From the IMG/VR virus record IMGVR_UViG_3300032092_000013, positions 34,613-98,612 of that record: DNA of 64,000 nucleotides; one strand, written 5' to 3'. Within the stretch, counting starts at the first letter, position 1. Each line of letters begins with the position of its first letter. The stretch comes from a virus. The notes beneath the pieces were generated by a model that saw only the letters and a list, made by a program, of their open reading frames with translations, ran no database searches and was not told where the DNA came from. The position numbers and the translations under genes were made by a program. Shown here one piece after another: positions 27,474-38,549 of this stretch.

Positions 27474-28727
27474 ATGAAGAGCTTTAAGGATTATTTTATT
27501 TTAATGGAAAATGCAGATGCTACTAATAAGCATCTCACACATTTAGATGAATTAATTCTTAAAAAGGGAAAAGAAGGTGCTATTAAAACTTTGCAATATA
27601 TTTCAGTTTTACTGGATATGTTAAAAAGTAATACTGATAGAAAGATTAACATGACTGTTAAGATTGATGGCGCACCTGCAGTTATATGCGGTAGAGACTC
27701 TTACGGTAAATTTTTTATATCTACTAAAAGTGCATTTAACAATGAACCATTACTATCTTATAGTGTAGTAGATATTAAAAAGAATCATGGCGAAGCTCCC
27801 GGACTGATTGAGAAATTAATATATGCTTTTAATGCATTGAAAAGCGTAAATTTTGACGGCGTGTATCAAGGTGATTTATTGTTTTGGCCCGGATTAGTGC
27901 AAAAATACGTTATAGGTGGTAAAAATTATTTGGGGTTTAGACCAAATACTATTTTGTATACATTCCCCGAAGATTCAAAAGAGGCTAAAGATATTAAGAA
28001 ATATCAAATAGGTATTGCCTTCCATACAAAATATGATCCTTCTGTAGATGAAGAAGGCAAACAACGATTTGTTAATAAAAAATTTGGCATCTCTGCAGAA
28101 CATTTAAAATCTAAAACAGCATATATCATAGATGCATTATTTGAAAATAAAGCCGGTACTATTAGTTTAACTGAAGAAGAAACAAACTTTGTGAGAAGAA
28201 CACTACAAAATGCTGAAACTCATATCAATTTAATAAATTTCTCTTTCATAAATGGGAAGGTCGCCGACTTAATAAACATATTTTTAAACACGAAAATTAA
28301 AGAAGGTGAATTTTTAAATGATCTTCGTTATTCATTGAATGAATTCATACAATGGGTTGGCGCCCGACTAGACAAAGAAATAGAAAAAGCTAAAAGAAAA
28401 GAATCTAAAATAGCAGCTAAAAATGAAATGACTAAACTTCTAGAACGGCACGCTGATACTATTTTACACCTATTTAACTATATTAGAGATGTGAAGCAAA
28501 TTAAGGATATTTTTATACAAAAATATAATTCAATCATGCAAGGTGCTATGATGGGAACATTCTTGATAATGCCTAATGGTGATATTAAGGTGACAAATCC
28601 CGAAGGTTATGTTGCATTTGATCAAGATCAAAATGGTGTAAAGTTTATTGATCGACTAGAATTCAGCAGAGCTAATTTTTTAATGCCGAAGAATTGGGTA
28701 AAACCAGAAACACAACCAATTGAATAA
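27474..28727 (+). CDS. Ligase-superfamily nucleotidyltransferase-like late protein (start reassigned from 27444)
   Basis: Motif I TVKIDGAP, III YQGDLLF, IV PEGYV, V VKFIDRLEFSRANF; TAAATA at 27463-27468; leader MKSFKDYFILME. Confidence 0.6.
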   Translation: MKSFKDYFILMENADATNKHLTHLDELILKKGKEGAIKTLQYISVLLDMLKSNTDRKINMTVKIDGAPAVICGRDSYGKFFISTKSAFNNEPLLSYSVVDIKKNHGEAPGLIEKLIYAFNALKSVNFDGVYQGDLLFWPGLVQKYVIGGKNYLGFRPNTILYTFPEDSKEAKDIKKYQIGIAFHTKYDPSVDEEGKQRFVNKKFGISAEHLKSKTAYIIDALFENKAGTISLTEEETNFVRRTLQNAETHINLINFSFINGKVADLINIFLNTKIKEGEFLNDLRYSLNEFIQWVGARLDKEIEKAKRKESKIAAKNEMTKLLERHADTILHLFNYIRDVKQIKDIFIQKYNSIMQGAMMGTFLIMPNGDIKVTNPEGYVAFDQDQNGVKFIDRLEFSRANFLMPKNWVKPETQPIE

Positions 28728-28730
28728 AAA

Positions 28731-29327
28731 ATGATAGGCAATCACACAACTTCTAATGATCAGGCAATCCTAAACAAAGCATTAGGAGATAAGTTTCAAA
28801 TGTTTTTTGATATACCTCCTATATTAAGAAACATTAATAAGAGATTTGAACGCAAAAATACATCCATATCGTTAGATACAATGGCATTTTCTGTATATGG
28901 TGCTATAGTACCTGCCATTAATGTACCTTCTGTTGATTTAAACTATAGTGGATCGCCGTTTAGTATCACATCACATACACATCCTAAGTATGATCCACTG
29001 AAGGTTAGCTTCACGGTTGATAATATGTTTAATAATTATTGGGTAATTTACACATGGCTCAATGCTTTGAGAGAAGCTCAAGAAGGAACATATGCAACTT
29101 CTTTAAGATGTAATGATATTACTGGATTAGAAGGTACTATTGCAGAATATAGTACCGATATCACTATTGTAGGTAAAGATGAATTTAATAATGACGTCAT
29201 TAAATGGATGTATAAAAATGCATTTCCTACAACATTAGATGGTATTAGTTACACATATCGACAATCCAATGAAATAGAATCTTCTTTTACACTTGCATTC
29301 TCAGAACTATATTGTGCTTTAGTATAA
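28731..29327 (+). CDS. gp3: Tail completion / tube terminator
   Basis: YDPLKVSFTVDNMFNNYWVIYTWL and NAFPTTL. Confidence 0.7.
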   Translation: MIGNHTTSNDQAILNKALGDKFQMFFDIPPILRNINKRFERKNTSISLDTMAFSVYGAIVPAINVPSVDLNYSGSPFSITSHTHPKYDPLKVSFTVDNMFNNYWVIYTWLNALREAQEGTYATSLRCNDITGLEGTIAEYSTDITIVGKDEFNNDVIKWMYKNAFPTTLDGISYTYRQSNEIESSFTLAFSELYCALV

Positions 29328-29345
29328 AAAAGGACTCAAAAAAAG

Positions 29346-29353
29346 TATAAATA
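29346..29353 (+). promoter_or_regulatory. T4-type late promoter for the sheath gene
   Basis: TATAAATA 8 nt before ATG 29362. Confidence 0.75.
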
Positions 29354-29361
29354 AGTCCTAT

Positions 29362-31998
29362 ATGAGAACTATTCAGTCACCTGGCGTGGAAATTCGCGAA
29401 ATTGATGCATCACAAGTCGCCTTCCAACCAGTAGGAACAAACGTATTTTTAGCGGGGTTTGCCCAACGCGGGCCAACCGATGAAGTATTGCAAATTACTT
29501 CAGTACAAGAATTAGAACAAATTTATGGCACACCAGTTACACCAGCTGAAAGATATTTTTATCATTCTGCAAAACAAATTGTAACAGATTCTAATGCCAA
29601 TTTATATGTAAATAGATTGCCATATGGCCCTGGTGCTGGTTATGGATATGGTTCATCTTATGGTGCATTAGTGTATCCTCTTGTGACATTAGAAGAAGAT
29701 AAGAGTTCAACAGTATGGCGTGCTACAAAATCTGTCCCATCCAGTGCATTTGATTTTGCGGACAGTGGGTTGGATTTATCTTTTTTGGGTGGTATTTCGG
29801 TTGAATGGAATGATGCTCAAATCAGCACATTAACAAGTCAAGGTATATCTTTATACAATAAAGATCTAGCAGTATTGAATGATGCAAAGTATAATGATTT
29901 GTTCATAATAATGGGATATGCGTCAAATCCATCAACCATAATAGAAGCACAAGAGACAGTTATGGCTTCGTTTTTATCCGGCAACCAAATTTCCGTGACT
30001 GACAATATAGCTGTATCTGCGGGAACTTACGTTTTAGGCGCGCCAAAATTCTTTGAATTATCTTTAGATCAATATAATGCAGTAATTGAAGGGACAGCGT
30101 TTAATTGGTCCACAACGTCAGCTGTTTTAAGTGATATTAATTCAGTAGCTGATTTTGGAAAAGCTGGCTTGATTATTCTTAATAAAGGACAGACTGTAAC
30201 AGAAGCACAAGCAGAAGGATTCTATGCTGCGATTACTGATAATACAAACGCAGAACCAACAACTGATCATGACAGCATTTTAAATGCATATACAGTAACT
30301 CAAGCAGCACCCCCAACAGGATTATTTGGTGACGGATTTACTCAAATCCCCGCAGAAAGATTAAATTTCTCATTATCTGGTGGTTCAGACACCGGTGTTG
30401 TACGCGATGATTCGAACATTTCATATAATCTCGAGCGTACTTTTTATAATTTCCCTGATTCAACCACAGAAAAATTTGACGATACATTATCAATCAGTGT
30501 TTATAAATTGAGAAGATCCATTTATACGCCAGATGCTATTAAGATGGATTATGTTCTAGAACGCAATCATATAGGATCACTTGATTTTAATCGTAAAATA
30601 CAAGATGTAAATGGCGGTGAAGCAGTATCTTATTTCATTTCAGCACCTCAAAAAGAAAGCAGAGCTATTAAAATCATTGTTAATGATAATATCACAAATA
30701 GAGGCGGTGATACATGGTTGAATGAAGTTGGAATTCCACGCAAGAAGGTAAGGCTTTATACAAGATCAACATTAAAGGCTCTAGAGGCAGATAATACATC
30801 CGGATATAGATTCGGTGGTTACTATCATGATTTCGTATCATTATCAGCAAAACTAGGATATAGTGATGCATTGTATCCAACTGGTCCATATACAAATTTA
30901 AATATCAAAACAAAAGATATAGGAAATTTACCGAATAAGATTGAAAATGCGTTATATAAAGTTGAAAATGACGAATTATTTGATTTAGATCTTGTCGTCG
31001 AAGGCGGACTTGGTACAATCTATACAACATGCTGTGCAAATAAGGTCACTTACTTTGATGATACCGTAGTATCTGATAATTTTGCCACCGGATTAACTAA
31101 TTTAAAAACAACCGGTGAATATTTCGAACCTTCTGATGGTAGTCAGGATCTAAGAGGACTCTATCATACCATTTTCTCACGATTTGATACATTCTGTTCC
31201 TCAGCTAGAAAAGATTGCATGTTTATTGCTGATCCTTTAAGACAAATATTTGTTAAAGGTGAAAATAGTAAAGTGTTACCTAATGCAAGTAATTCATTCT
31301 CACGTGACATTTACACTGCATTAAAGAATCTTTTCGGACTAGCTAATACAAATTATTCATGCTCTTATGGCAACTGGGCCAAGGTATATGATCCGGTAGC
31401 AGGATTAAACATTTGGGTGCCTTTTTCACCATTTGCAGCTACAAGCTTTGTTAATACTGATGCTAATTACTATCCATGGTATGCTCCAGCCGGATTCACA
31501 CGCGGTAAAGTACGCAATGTTCTCGAATTAGCCATAGCACCTAAACAAAAAGAAAGAGATCAATTATATAAAATTTCAGTAAATCCCGTAGCATTCTTCC
31601 CCGGAGATGGTATTACGATCTTCGGTCAAAAGACAATGCAGCGTCAACCCAGTGCTTTTGACCGCATTAATGTAAGAAGATTATTCTTATATCTCGAAAA
31701 AGCTACAAAGAAGACAGTCAAATACTTCGTATTTGAACCTAATACAACATTTACGAGAACACGTTTAGTGAATACGCTGAATCCGATCTTCAATTTTGCT
31801 AAATCAACCCAGGGAGTAGCTGATTATATGATTGTAAGCGATAAAAGAAACAACACTCCTGATTCAATCGATAGTAACGAATTGGTAGTTGATATATACA
31901 TCAAGCCTGTTCGAGCATCTGAATTCATTTTAGTGAACTTTATTGCTACTAGAACTGGAGCTAATTTCAGTGAATTAATCAGTGGTCCACGTCTCTAA
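29362..31998 (+). CDS. gp18: Contractile tail sheath protein
   Basis: SPGVEIREID, PWYAPAGFTRG, GQKT, AFDRINVRRLF, FEPN, IYIKPVRASEFI. Confidence 0.97.
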   Translation: MRTIQSPGVEIREIDASQVAFQPVGTNVFLAGFAQRGPTDEVLQITSVQELEQIYGTPVTPAERYFYHSAKQIVTDSNANLYVNRLPYGPGAGYGYGSSYGALVYPLVTLEEDKSSTVWRATKSVPSSAFDFADSGLDLSFLGGISVEWNDAQISTLTSQGISLYNKDLAVLNDAKYNDLFIIMGYASNPSTIIEAQETVMASFLSGNQISVTDNIAVSAGTYVLGAPKFFELSLDQYNAVIEGTAFNWSTTSAVLSDINSVADFGKAGLIILNKGQTVTEAQAEGFYAAITDNTNAEPTTDHDSILNAYTVTQAAPPTGLFGDGFTQIPAERLNFSLSGGSDTGVVRDDSNISYNLERTFYNFPDSTTEKFDDTLSISVYKLRRSIYTPDAIKMDYVLERNHIGSLDFNRKIQDVNGGEAVSYFISAPQKESRAIKIIVNDNITNRGGDTWLNEVGIPRKKVRLYTRSTLKALEADNTSGYRFGGYYHDFVSLSAKLGYSDALYPTGPYTNLNIKTKDIGNLPNKIENALYKVENDELFDLDLVVEGGLGTIYTTCCANKVTYFDDTVVSDNFATGLTNLKTTGEYFEPSDGSQDLRGLYHTIFSRFDTFCSSARKDCMFIADPLRQIFVKGENSKVLPNASNSFSRDIYTALKNLFGLANTNYSCSYGNWAKVYDPVAGLNIWVPFSPFAATSFVNTDANYYPWYAPAGFTRGKVRNVLELAIAPKQKERDQLYKISVNPVAFFPGDGITIFGQKTMQRQPSAFDRINVRRLFLYLEKATKKTVKYFVFEPNTTFTRTRLVNTLNPIFNFAKSTQGVADYMIVSDKRNNTPDSIDSNELVVDIYIKPVRASEFILVNFIATRTGANFSELISGPRL

Positions 31999-32022
31999 TA
32001 TAGTTAACCCATAAATAAGTAT

Positions 32023-32625
32023 ATGGCAGACACAATACAAACAATCAGAGGGTTTTACGACAGAGCAGCTGTTGCAGATTTCGCGCGTGATTACTTATTT
32101 CGCGTAATGATGATCCGCACAGGTACCATGTTTCTAGGTGAAGAAGAGTTAGTATATGTAAAAACAGCTACTCTTCCTGGCAGAAATATTGAAAATGAAG
32201 CTGTCAAGTACATGGGGATGAATTTTAACATTCCCACGATTGCAACATATCCCAATTCTGAAGCATTTACTTTGACTTTTTATTGTGATGCCAATTCACT
32301 CTTGAGAGAAAGACTCATGTCTGAATCCCGTGCTGTGTTTAATGATGCAACTAGCACTGGTACGTATAATACACCGGGACGTGATAGCTATATTGAATTG
32401 TTACAATTAGATAAAAAACTGGAACCCGTCATGCAATATACATTATTCGGCGCATCTATTCGCAATGTAGGTGAAATTGCTTATGAAATTGCAGAAGGCA
32501 CTGGCAGTGTTAAAACATTTGATGTAACGTTTGCTTACCATTTCTTCGAAGAAAAGAGACCAGGCCAGTTCGCTTTAAATAATATCACCAATGCATTCCC
32601 AAATATTAATGCTTTCTTGACATAA
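32023..32625 (+). CDS. gp19: Tail tube protein
   Basis: Follows the sheath gene; ARDYLFRV, TATLPGR, LLQLD, FDVTFAYHF; ATAAATA at 32011-32017. Confidence 0.85.
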   Translation: MADTIQTIRGFYDRAAVADFARDYLFRVMMIRTGTMFLGEEELVYVKTATLPGRNIENEAVKYMGMNFNIPTIATYPNSEAFTLTFYCDANSLLRERLMSESRAVFNDATSTGTYNTPGRDSYIELLQLDKKLEPVMQYTLFGASIRNVGEIAYEIAEGTGSVKTFDVTFAYHFFEEKRPGQFALNNITNAFPNINAFLT

Positions 32626-32634
32626 CTAATATAA

Positions 32635-33306
32635 ATGGCAGAAAACATTAACTCACCCAGAGAACATTTTCTTAGTAATATATCTGTTTGGGAATTAGAT
32701 GTTCCTTTACAGACTCAATGGGTAGTTAGAATTGCACCCAAAGCTAGTTTAATAGATTTTTTTAGCTCCGTTCTTAGACATACTACTGTAGATCATTCAC
32801 TGTTAGGTGATGTAACAAAATATTCACATTTTGAAAAGTTTCTGGGTACACGTGGTAATGCATTGGAAGAAGGGTTGGGATTGTATTTTGCACAAGGTGT
32901 TGAAATACCCGGTGAATCTCTAGATTTGGAAATGGCATCGATGCAAGGAGACAATGGTTTTTTACAAGGTAATTTAGTCAAAAACAGGGCTTCTGGAAAC
33001 AAAAGAGAACTTTCCATAAAACTATTAGAAACAAATTTAGATTTTATGGACGGCCTAATTAGACCATGGATAATTGCTGCTGGCTACATGGGCACATGTG
33101 CCGCTCCCGGGAGAACCTCAATTAAGTGTGATATACAAATTGTTCAATATACTAAAGGTCCTACCAAACCTGTTAGAAAAATACATAATTTTATAGATTG
33201 CGTGCCATACTCATGTGAGGGTAGTACATTGCAATATGACCAAGAAAACATAGTTGCAAAAAACGTATCATGGATTTATAATTATTATCATTATAAATTA
33301 ATATAA
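32635..33306 (+). CDS. Tube-fold baseplate protein (gp54/gp48-like tube initiator)
   Basis: AQGVEIPGE and IHNFIDCVP tube-like motifs; lies directly after gp19. Confidence 0.6.
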   Translation: MAENINSPREHFLSNISVWELDVPLQTQWVVRIAPKASLIDFFSSVLRHTTVDHSLLGDVTKYSHFEKFLGTRGNALEEGLGLYFAQGVEIPGESLDLEMASMQGDNGFLQGNLVKNRASGNKRELSIKLLETNLDFMDGLIRPWIIAAGYMGTCAAPGRTSIKCDIQIVQYTKGPTKPVRKIHNFIDCVPYSCEGSTLQYDQENIVAKNVSWIYNYYHYKLI

Positions 33307-34142
33307 TGATCAAATCAAATTTTTATACAACCTTATATCTACCGGGTTGTAAAAAAAATATTAGAGTCAATGAAATTAACAATTTCTATTATCTAGATAT
33401 TTTAAAATTTATTCAAAATAATGATATATCTGATTTAAATCACTTTCTGGATAAAGTAATTAAAGAAAATACAGATGCAGATATTAATGAATTGAGTAAT
33501 GTAGACAAATTTTGTATTTTAGTTGAAATGCGATCTATTTCTATAGGTAATATCATAGAATTTTTTATTGACAATACACACATAAAATATAATTTGTCTG
33601 ATATCTGTAAAAATATTCAAAATTTAGAATTAAAATCTACAGAAATAGAATTTTGTGGAATTCCTATCATCATAGATATGCCTAGAAATTTTATTTTTAA
33701 TGAAAATGAAGACATATTGTTTCAATGCATTACTACTGTTGGTGATTTAAATTTAAATATTGTAAATGAATCAGAAAAAAAATTAATTTACAGTGCATTG
33801 CCGGCACATGTATATTCTGATATTAAAAAATTTATTACAGATACATCTGATTTTTTTGATCAAAAAAATATTTTTTCAATATTAAATATTGATTCTTTCA
33901 AAAATTTCAAACTAAATCCATTTAATACAACATTTATTGAATTTTTGAAATCTATATATAATGATAGTTTAACAAATTTTTATGATTTGCAATTTAGTTT
34001 AATAACAAAATTAAACATATCATATGAACATTTTATGTCTATGACATTTAATGAATCAAGAATGTATGTTGCCTTACAAAACAAAGAAATAAAGAAACAA
34101 GAAGAGTCACAAAAGAAATCAGGTGGAAATTTGGCATTATAA
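33306..34142 (+). CDS. Baseplate hub assembly protein (gp26-like)
   Basis: LSNVDKFCILVEMRSISIG and a C-terminal MSMTFNESRMY gp51-like segment. Confidence 0.6.
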   Translation: MIKSNFYTTLYLPGCKKNIRVNEINNFYYLDILKFIQNNDISDLNHFLDKVIKENTDADINELSNVDKFCILVEMRSISIGNIIEFFIDNTHIKYNLSDICKNIQNLELKSTEIEFCGIPIIIDMPRNFIFNENEDILFQCITTVGDLNLNIVNESEKKLIYSALPAHVYSDIKKFITDTSDFFDQKNIFSILNIDSFKNFKLNPFNTTFIEFLKSIYNDSLTNFYDLQFSLITKLNISYEHFMSMTFNESRMYVALQNKEIKKQEESQKKSGGNLAL

Positions 34143-34156
34143 GCATATATAATTTT

Positions 34157-34891
34157 ATGGGTATTAATGATATTCTTCATAAATTAAATGAAATTAACAA
34201 CGAAGACAACATTAAAATATTAATCCCCTCATTAAATCGACTAGTTGCTTTTAAGCCATTATCGTTACAACAACAAAAAGATATATTAAAAGCTGGTATT
34301 TCATCTGAAATTTTTAATATATTGGAATTTAATGCTATTTTTAATAATATTATTGAACAAAATAGTTTAGAAAAAAATAATTATCTACTGCACGATAGAC
34401 CCACGATAGCCATGGCTTTTAGAAATAAATTTACGACACATGCTTTAGAAATTGATGAACAAACTATAGATACTAGCATTTTTAATGACAGACACATTTC
34501 TTTTGACAAAGAAACATTTAATGAATTTTATATTGAAGAAGGTTTATTAAAAATAACAGCACAGGCACCTTCTTTACATGAAGATCAAATTATAACAAAA
34601 TTACAACTATCAAAAATTAAAAAAACAAATAATATTGATATTACAAATGTTATAGGAGAAATGTATGTATTCGAAATTTTAAAATACATAAAATCTATAC
34701 AAGTCGGTGAATTAAAACAAGAATTAATTACTCTTTCAATTGAAGATAGAATCAAAGTTGTTGAACAAATACCCGCGTCTATAATTACTAAATTAAATGA
34801 TCTAATCACAGAAAAATTCAAAAACCCCGAAGATGAATATTTGACCGTAGGTAGCAAAAAAATTACGTTAGACGCTAGACTCTTTGTTTGA
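34157..34891 (+). CDS. Second gp26-like baseplate hub assembly protein
   Basis: ILIPSLNRLVAFKPLSLQQQKDILK N-terminus. Confidence 0.55.
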   Translation: MGINDILHKLNEINNEDNIKILIPSLNRLVAFKPLSLQQQKDILKAGISSEIFNILEFNAIFNNIIEQNSLEKNNYLLHDRPTIAMAFRNKFTTHALEIDEQTIDTSIFNDRHISFDKETFNEFYIEEGLLKITAQAPSLHEDQIITKLQLSKIKKTNNIDITNVIGEMYVFEILKYIKSIQVGELKQELITLSIEDRIKVVEQIPASIITKLNDLITEKFKNPEDEYLTVGSKKITLDARLFV

Positions 34892-34915
34892 AGATTTTGC
34901 CATTAAATAATTATA

Positions 34916-36886
34916 ATGGCAAAATCTGATCCTACACAAGATATATTATCAGAATTAAAATCTCTAAATAAATCAAATAATTCATTTAGAGATAAAATTC
35001 TCGAATATAATAGGATAACTGCTAGTGCCGCAGGCACCACAGCAAATGCTTCGAAGTCCCTCTATGATATTTCGGCACATCTTGCTAATTTAACAGATGC
35101 ATTTAACAATTTAACTAAAACAGTATCTGATATATCAGATACTGTAATGGAAGTTGCAGTTAAACCAGAGACAGGCAATCCTCTTTTAATGCCTTGGGAA
35201 AGAAAACGATTCCAAGCAATTGCAAATATTTTTAAAAATATTTTATATGGTGCAGACAAAAATAAAAATAAACTCCAATTACTACCCAATTCCACTAATA
35301 CGCAAGCAGTATCTTCCACAGAAAGCATTGATAAAAAAAATACTGAATCATATGAAAACATAGCAAATATTTTTGATAAAGTATTAAAAATTTCATCTTT
35401 ACCTATTGCTTTGGATAAAATTAGTAACATTCTCTTAAGAGCTGAATTGAATAGAATAGAAGAAAGAAAAGATACTGAAAGAAGTAGTAGTTTTAAAGAA
35501 TATGAAAGAGAACCAGTAATCTCGAAAACGCCAATTGGCGATAAAACAAAAGAAAAATCAAATTTTTTAACAGATTTTTTAAAAAAAATACCACTTATAG
35601 GTGATTTATTTAGAATTATGCAAGGATTGGGTACAATGCTAATTGCAGCTAGCCCGGTTATAGCATTCCTTTCACATTTTTTATCTGATGAAATATCACC
35701 ATGGCAAGGTACCCTAGATTTAGTAGCTAAACTAAAAACTCTAGGTGGCAAAACTTTCGGTGAACTAAGTGAGTTAATTTTAGCTAAAACTACATCTATT
35801 ATTCAATGGCCGTTTAAATTTTTAAAAGAAAAAATTCCATCTATTTTTGAAAACATAAAAATACCGTTTGCAAAAACGGGTGAGAAAACAGCAGTTGCAG
35901 CAACAGAAGGCGCATCTAGTTTGTTAAAGGTTGGAACTAAGGGTGGTATTTTATCTAAATTATTAGGATTTGCCGGGACAGGTATTAAAGCTGTCGCTAA
36001 AGGATTATCCAAAATACCAATATTAGGATCATTACTCACACTTTATTTTGCATATGATAGATATAAAAAGGGTGATTATTGGGGTATGTTGCTAGATCTC
36101 GCAAGTATTGCTGTTTTAGCGATTCCCGGCTACGGCCCGTTTATTAGTTTAGGGCTAGGAATTTTATCAGGATTAAGAGATCTTACTGATAATGAAGAAG
36201 ATAATAAACAATTTAAGTTGAATGCAGAAAAAGGTTTTGGCAATTGGATAAAAGATGGCATGTCTGATATATATAAGACGGTTGCAGAGTATTTTAGTAA
36301 AAAAATGCAAGGCCTGATTAATCTATCCAAAGATGCTATTAAAAAAATAAAAGATTTTTTTGGATTTACAGATGAAACACCACAAGTAAAAACATTGCCC
36401 AATCCAATAAAACAAATAGAAGATAGCTATAATAAAAAAATAGAAGAATCTAAACAGGCTATGAAAAGTGTTTCCGGTCGCAACAGTTTGGAAGCTAAGA
36501 AAAAATATCAAAGTGACATTGAAAAGTTGGAAAAAGACAGAGATGCAGCAATTGAAACTATAAAAAAAACTAATAGTGAATTGCCATTGCCTAGGTCAAT
36601 ACCACCAACAACTACTTTAGAATCAAAGCCCGGTAATCCTGAAAAGGATTCAAAAATGTCTTATGCAGAAATTCAATTAATGATGGACCAAAATAAAATA
36701 TTAGCCGATCAAACAAATATATTAAAACAAATAGCAGAAAAAGATACTAAAGTTACAGTAAATGCTAATTCAAATAACAACCGCGTAATTGATAATGATG
36801 TGAAAATTAAACAAAATATTTCTGAAAGCCGTAAAAATTATCTCAAAGCATCAGAAGTAGCAACTTATTTATTAGGAGACAAATAA
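34916..36886 (+). CDS. Tape-measure protein (gp29-like)
   Basis: Helical; KIPILGSLL...AYDRYKKGDYWG...IPGYG hydrophobic repeats; position after the hub genes. Confidence 0.7.
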   Translation: MAKSDPTQDILSELKSLNKSNNSFRDKILEYNRITASAAGTTANASKSLYDISAHLANLTDAFNNLTKTVSDISDTVMEVAVKPETGNPLLMPWERKRFQAIANIFKNILYGADKNKNKLQLLPNSTNTQAVSSTESIDKKNTESYENIANIFDKVLKISSLPIALDKISNILLRAELNRIEERKDTERSSSFKEYEREPVISKTPIGDKTKEKSNFLTDFLKKIPLIGDLFRIMQGLGTMLIAASPVIAFLSHFLSDEISPWQGTLDLVAKLKTLGGKTFGELSELILAKTTSIIQWPFKFLKEKIPSIFENIKIPFAKTGEKTAVAATEGASSLLKVGTKGGILSKLLGFAGTGIKAVAKGLSKIPILGSLLTLYFAYDRYKKGDYWGMLLDLASIAVLAIPGYGPFISLGLGILSGLRDLTDNEEDNKQFKLNAEKGFGNWIKDGMSDIYKTVAEYFSKKMQGLINLSKDAIKKIKDFFGFTDETPQVKTLPNPIKQIEDSYNKKIEESKQAMKSVSGRNSLEAKKKYQSDIEKLEKDRDAAIETIKKTNSELPLPRSIPPTTTLESKPGNPEKDSKMSYAEIQLMMDQNKILADQTNILKQIAEKDTKVTVNANSNNNRVIDNDVKIKQNISESRKNYLKASEVATYLLGDK

Positions 36887-36887
36887 T

Positions 36888-38168
36888 ATGGCAGATCAAA
36901 ATATAGAAAGAATAAAATCTGAATCAATAAACAGCAGATCTCCTGGGAATGCAGCTATAGCACAAATTAATACAAAAAAAAGACCAACAATTGAAGCTGT
37001 AACAAAACAACAAATAATTGAAGAATTTAATATATTAAAAAATTATATATGGACTCTGTCTGAAAATAAAAATATTATTATCAATAATATACCTAAATTA
37101 ATTGCAACAGAATATAATATTGAAACTTCGCCTCTTGTTCAAAATTTAAAGTCATCCTTTGCAATATCATCATATTTATTTTCTGAAAATAAAAAAATTT
37201 TAGGTAGTGCTATTGAAAGTGTAATACCAAATGCTAAAGGATTAACAGATGTTGCATCTCCAGAATGGGTCTCAACATTTCTAGAAGGTAAAACATCTAG
37301 TGATATAGTAAATAAAGTTGTAAATTCAACAAAAAATATTTTTGACAAAATAGGTGCAGCTACTAAAGCATCTGCACCTGACGATCATAAATGGCAATCA
37401 GAAAAATTGCGTGAATTATACAAAAATTTATACACTTTGAAATCTACAGGTAAAAAATTTATTTTTCCTTACATGGATGATGAGTTTTTATCAATAAACA
37501 ACAATTTCTCTGAAGGTAATGAATACCTCCAATTTGAAGGGGGGCTATTCTCTTTGGATATGAATAATACTAGAGGTAATTTAAAGAAATTTTCAAACTT
37601 ACCAGCATTATTAAGTCCTGGTGCGTATATACAGGCACCTCAATTTTATGATTTTTCTTCTTCAGGTAGCCCAGTTATAACAATTAAATTTCCCCTTTAT
37701 AATAATATCGATAGTTATGAAACGGCAAAGAACATGAAATTTGTTAAATTATTTGGTTTAAACAACATGCCATATAGACAAAATCTTTTAGCAGTTGACC
37801 CTACTAAAATATATGATATCATAATACCCGGAAAAGCAAATTTTCCTTTATGTTACGTTTCAAATTACATAGTAGATCATATAGGAACAAAAAGCCTGTT
37901 TGGCGACGACATATACCCCGAAGCATATAGTGTACAAATAACATTTACATCATTAATTAAATATGATGTAAATATGTTCTTGGAGACTATGAATATGAAA
38001 GGAAAATATACACCACCACCCGGTAGAAAATCTGAAACAGTTGAAATTTCACAAGCAGAACAATTTAAGCTAAATGCGATAGAAAAACAACAACAACAAG
38101 ATGCATTTGCTGCTAAAATGGAACAAGCACAAAAGCAAAAAAAAGCAACGGGTGATGCCGTGCCTTAA
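36888..38168 (+). CDS. Baseplate protein (gp48-like tube-fold candidate)
   Basis: ITIKFPLYN, IYDIIIPG, PEAYSVQITFTSL; lies between the tape measure and gp53. Confidence 0.5.
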   Translation: MADQNIERIKSESINSRSPGNAAIAQINTKKRPTIEAVTKQQIIEEFNILKNYIWTLSENKNIIINNIPKLIATEYNIETSPLVQNLKSSFAISSYLFSENKKILGSAIESVIPNAKGLTDVASPEWVSTFLEGKTSSDIVNKVVNSTKNIFDKIGAATKASAPDDHKWQSEKLRELYKNLYTLKSTGKKFIFPYMDDEFLSINNNFSEGNEYLQFEGGLFSLDMNNTRGNLKKFSNLPALLSPGAYIQAPQFYDFSSSGSPVITIKFPLYNNIDSYETAKNMKFVKLFGLNNMPYRQNLLAVDPTKIYDIIIPGKANFPLCYVSNYIVDHIGTKSLFGDDIYPEAYSVQITFTSLIKYDVNMFLETMNMKGKYTPPPGRKSETVEISQAEQFKLNAIEKQQQQDAFAAKMEQAQKQKKATGDAVP

Positions 38169-38197
38169 CAACAGAAGGCATTAATAACAATTAATAT

Positions 38198-38548
38198 ATG
38201 GAATCCTACAATATATCACACCCTAACGAATATTACGAAAACATTTTCAATATGTATAAAGATACTAATGAAAATGGTGATATGTATTATTTTTATAATA
38301 TAGGAAAAAAAGTTACTTTGCCTGAAAATATTGATGACGGTGTTTTTGATTATTTTTCTGTGCCTGACACTTTGCCGCTGACAACCATAAGCTATCAAGT
38401 ATATGGTTCAATTCATTTGTGGTGGTTGTTATTACTATGTAATAATATTCAAAATTCATTAAAATTAATAACACCCGGATCAGTTATAAAAATAATAAAA
38501 AAGGAATATTTGGCTTCTGTTTTAAATTCATTAAAAGTAAAAGAATAA
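38198..38548 (+). CDS. gp53: Baseplate wedge protein, LysM-like
   Basis: LTTISYQVYGSIHLWWLLLLCNNI...PGSVIKI. Confidence 0.85.
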   Translation: MESYNISHPNEYYENIFNMYKDTNENGDMYYFYNIGKKVTLPENIDDGVFDYFSVPDTLPLTTISYQVYGSIHLWWLLLLCNNIQNSLKLITPGSVIKIIKKEYLASVLNSLKVKE

Positions 38549-38549
38549 T

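Noticed and set aside
35062-36511. Antisense ORFs within the tape-measure gene (up to 229 aa)
   Set aside because: Antisense shadows with no motifs or promoter; the same applies to the other short nested ORFs in the track.
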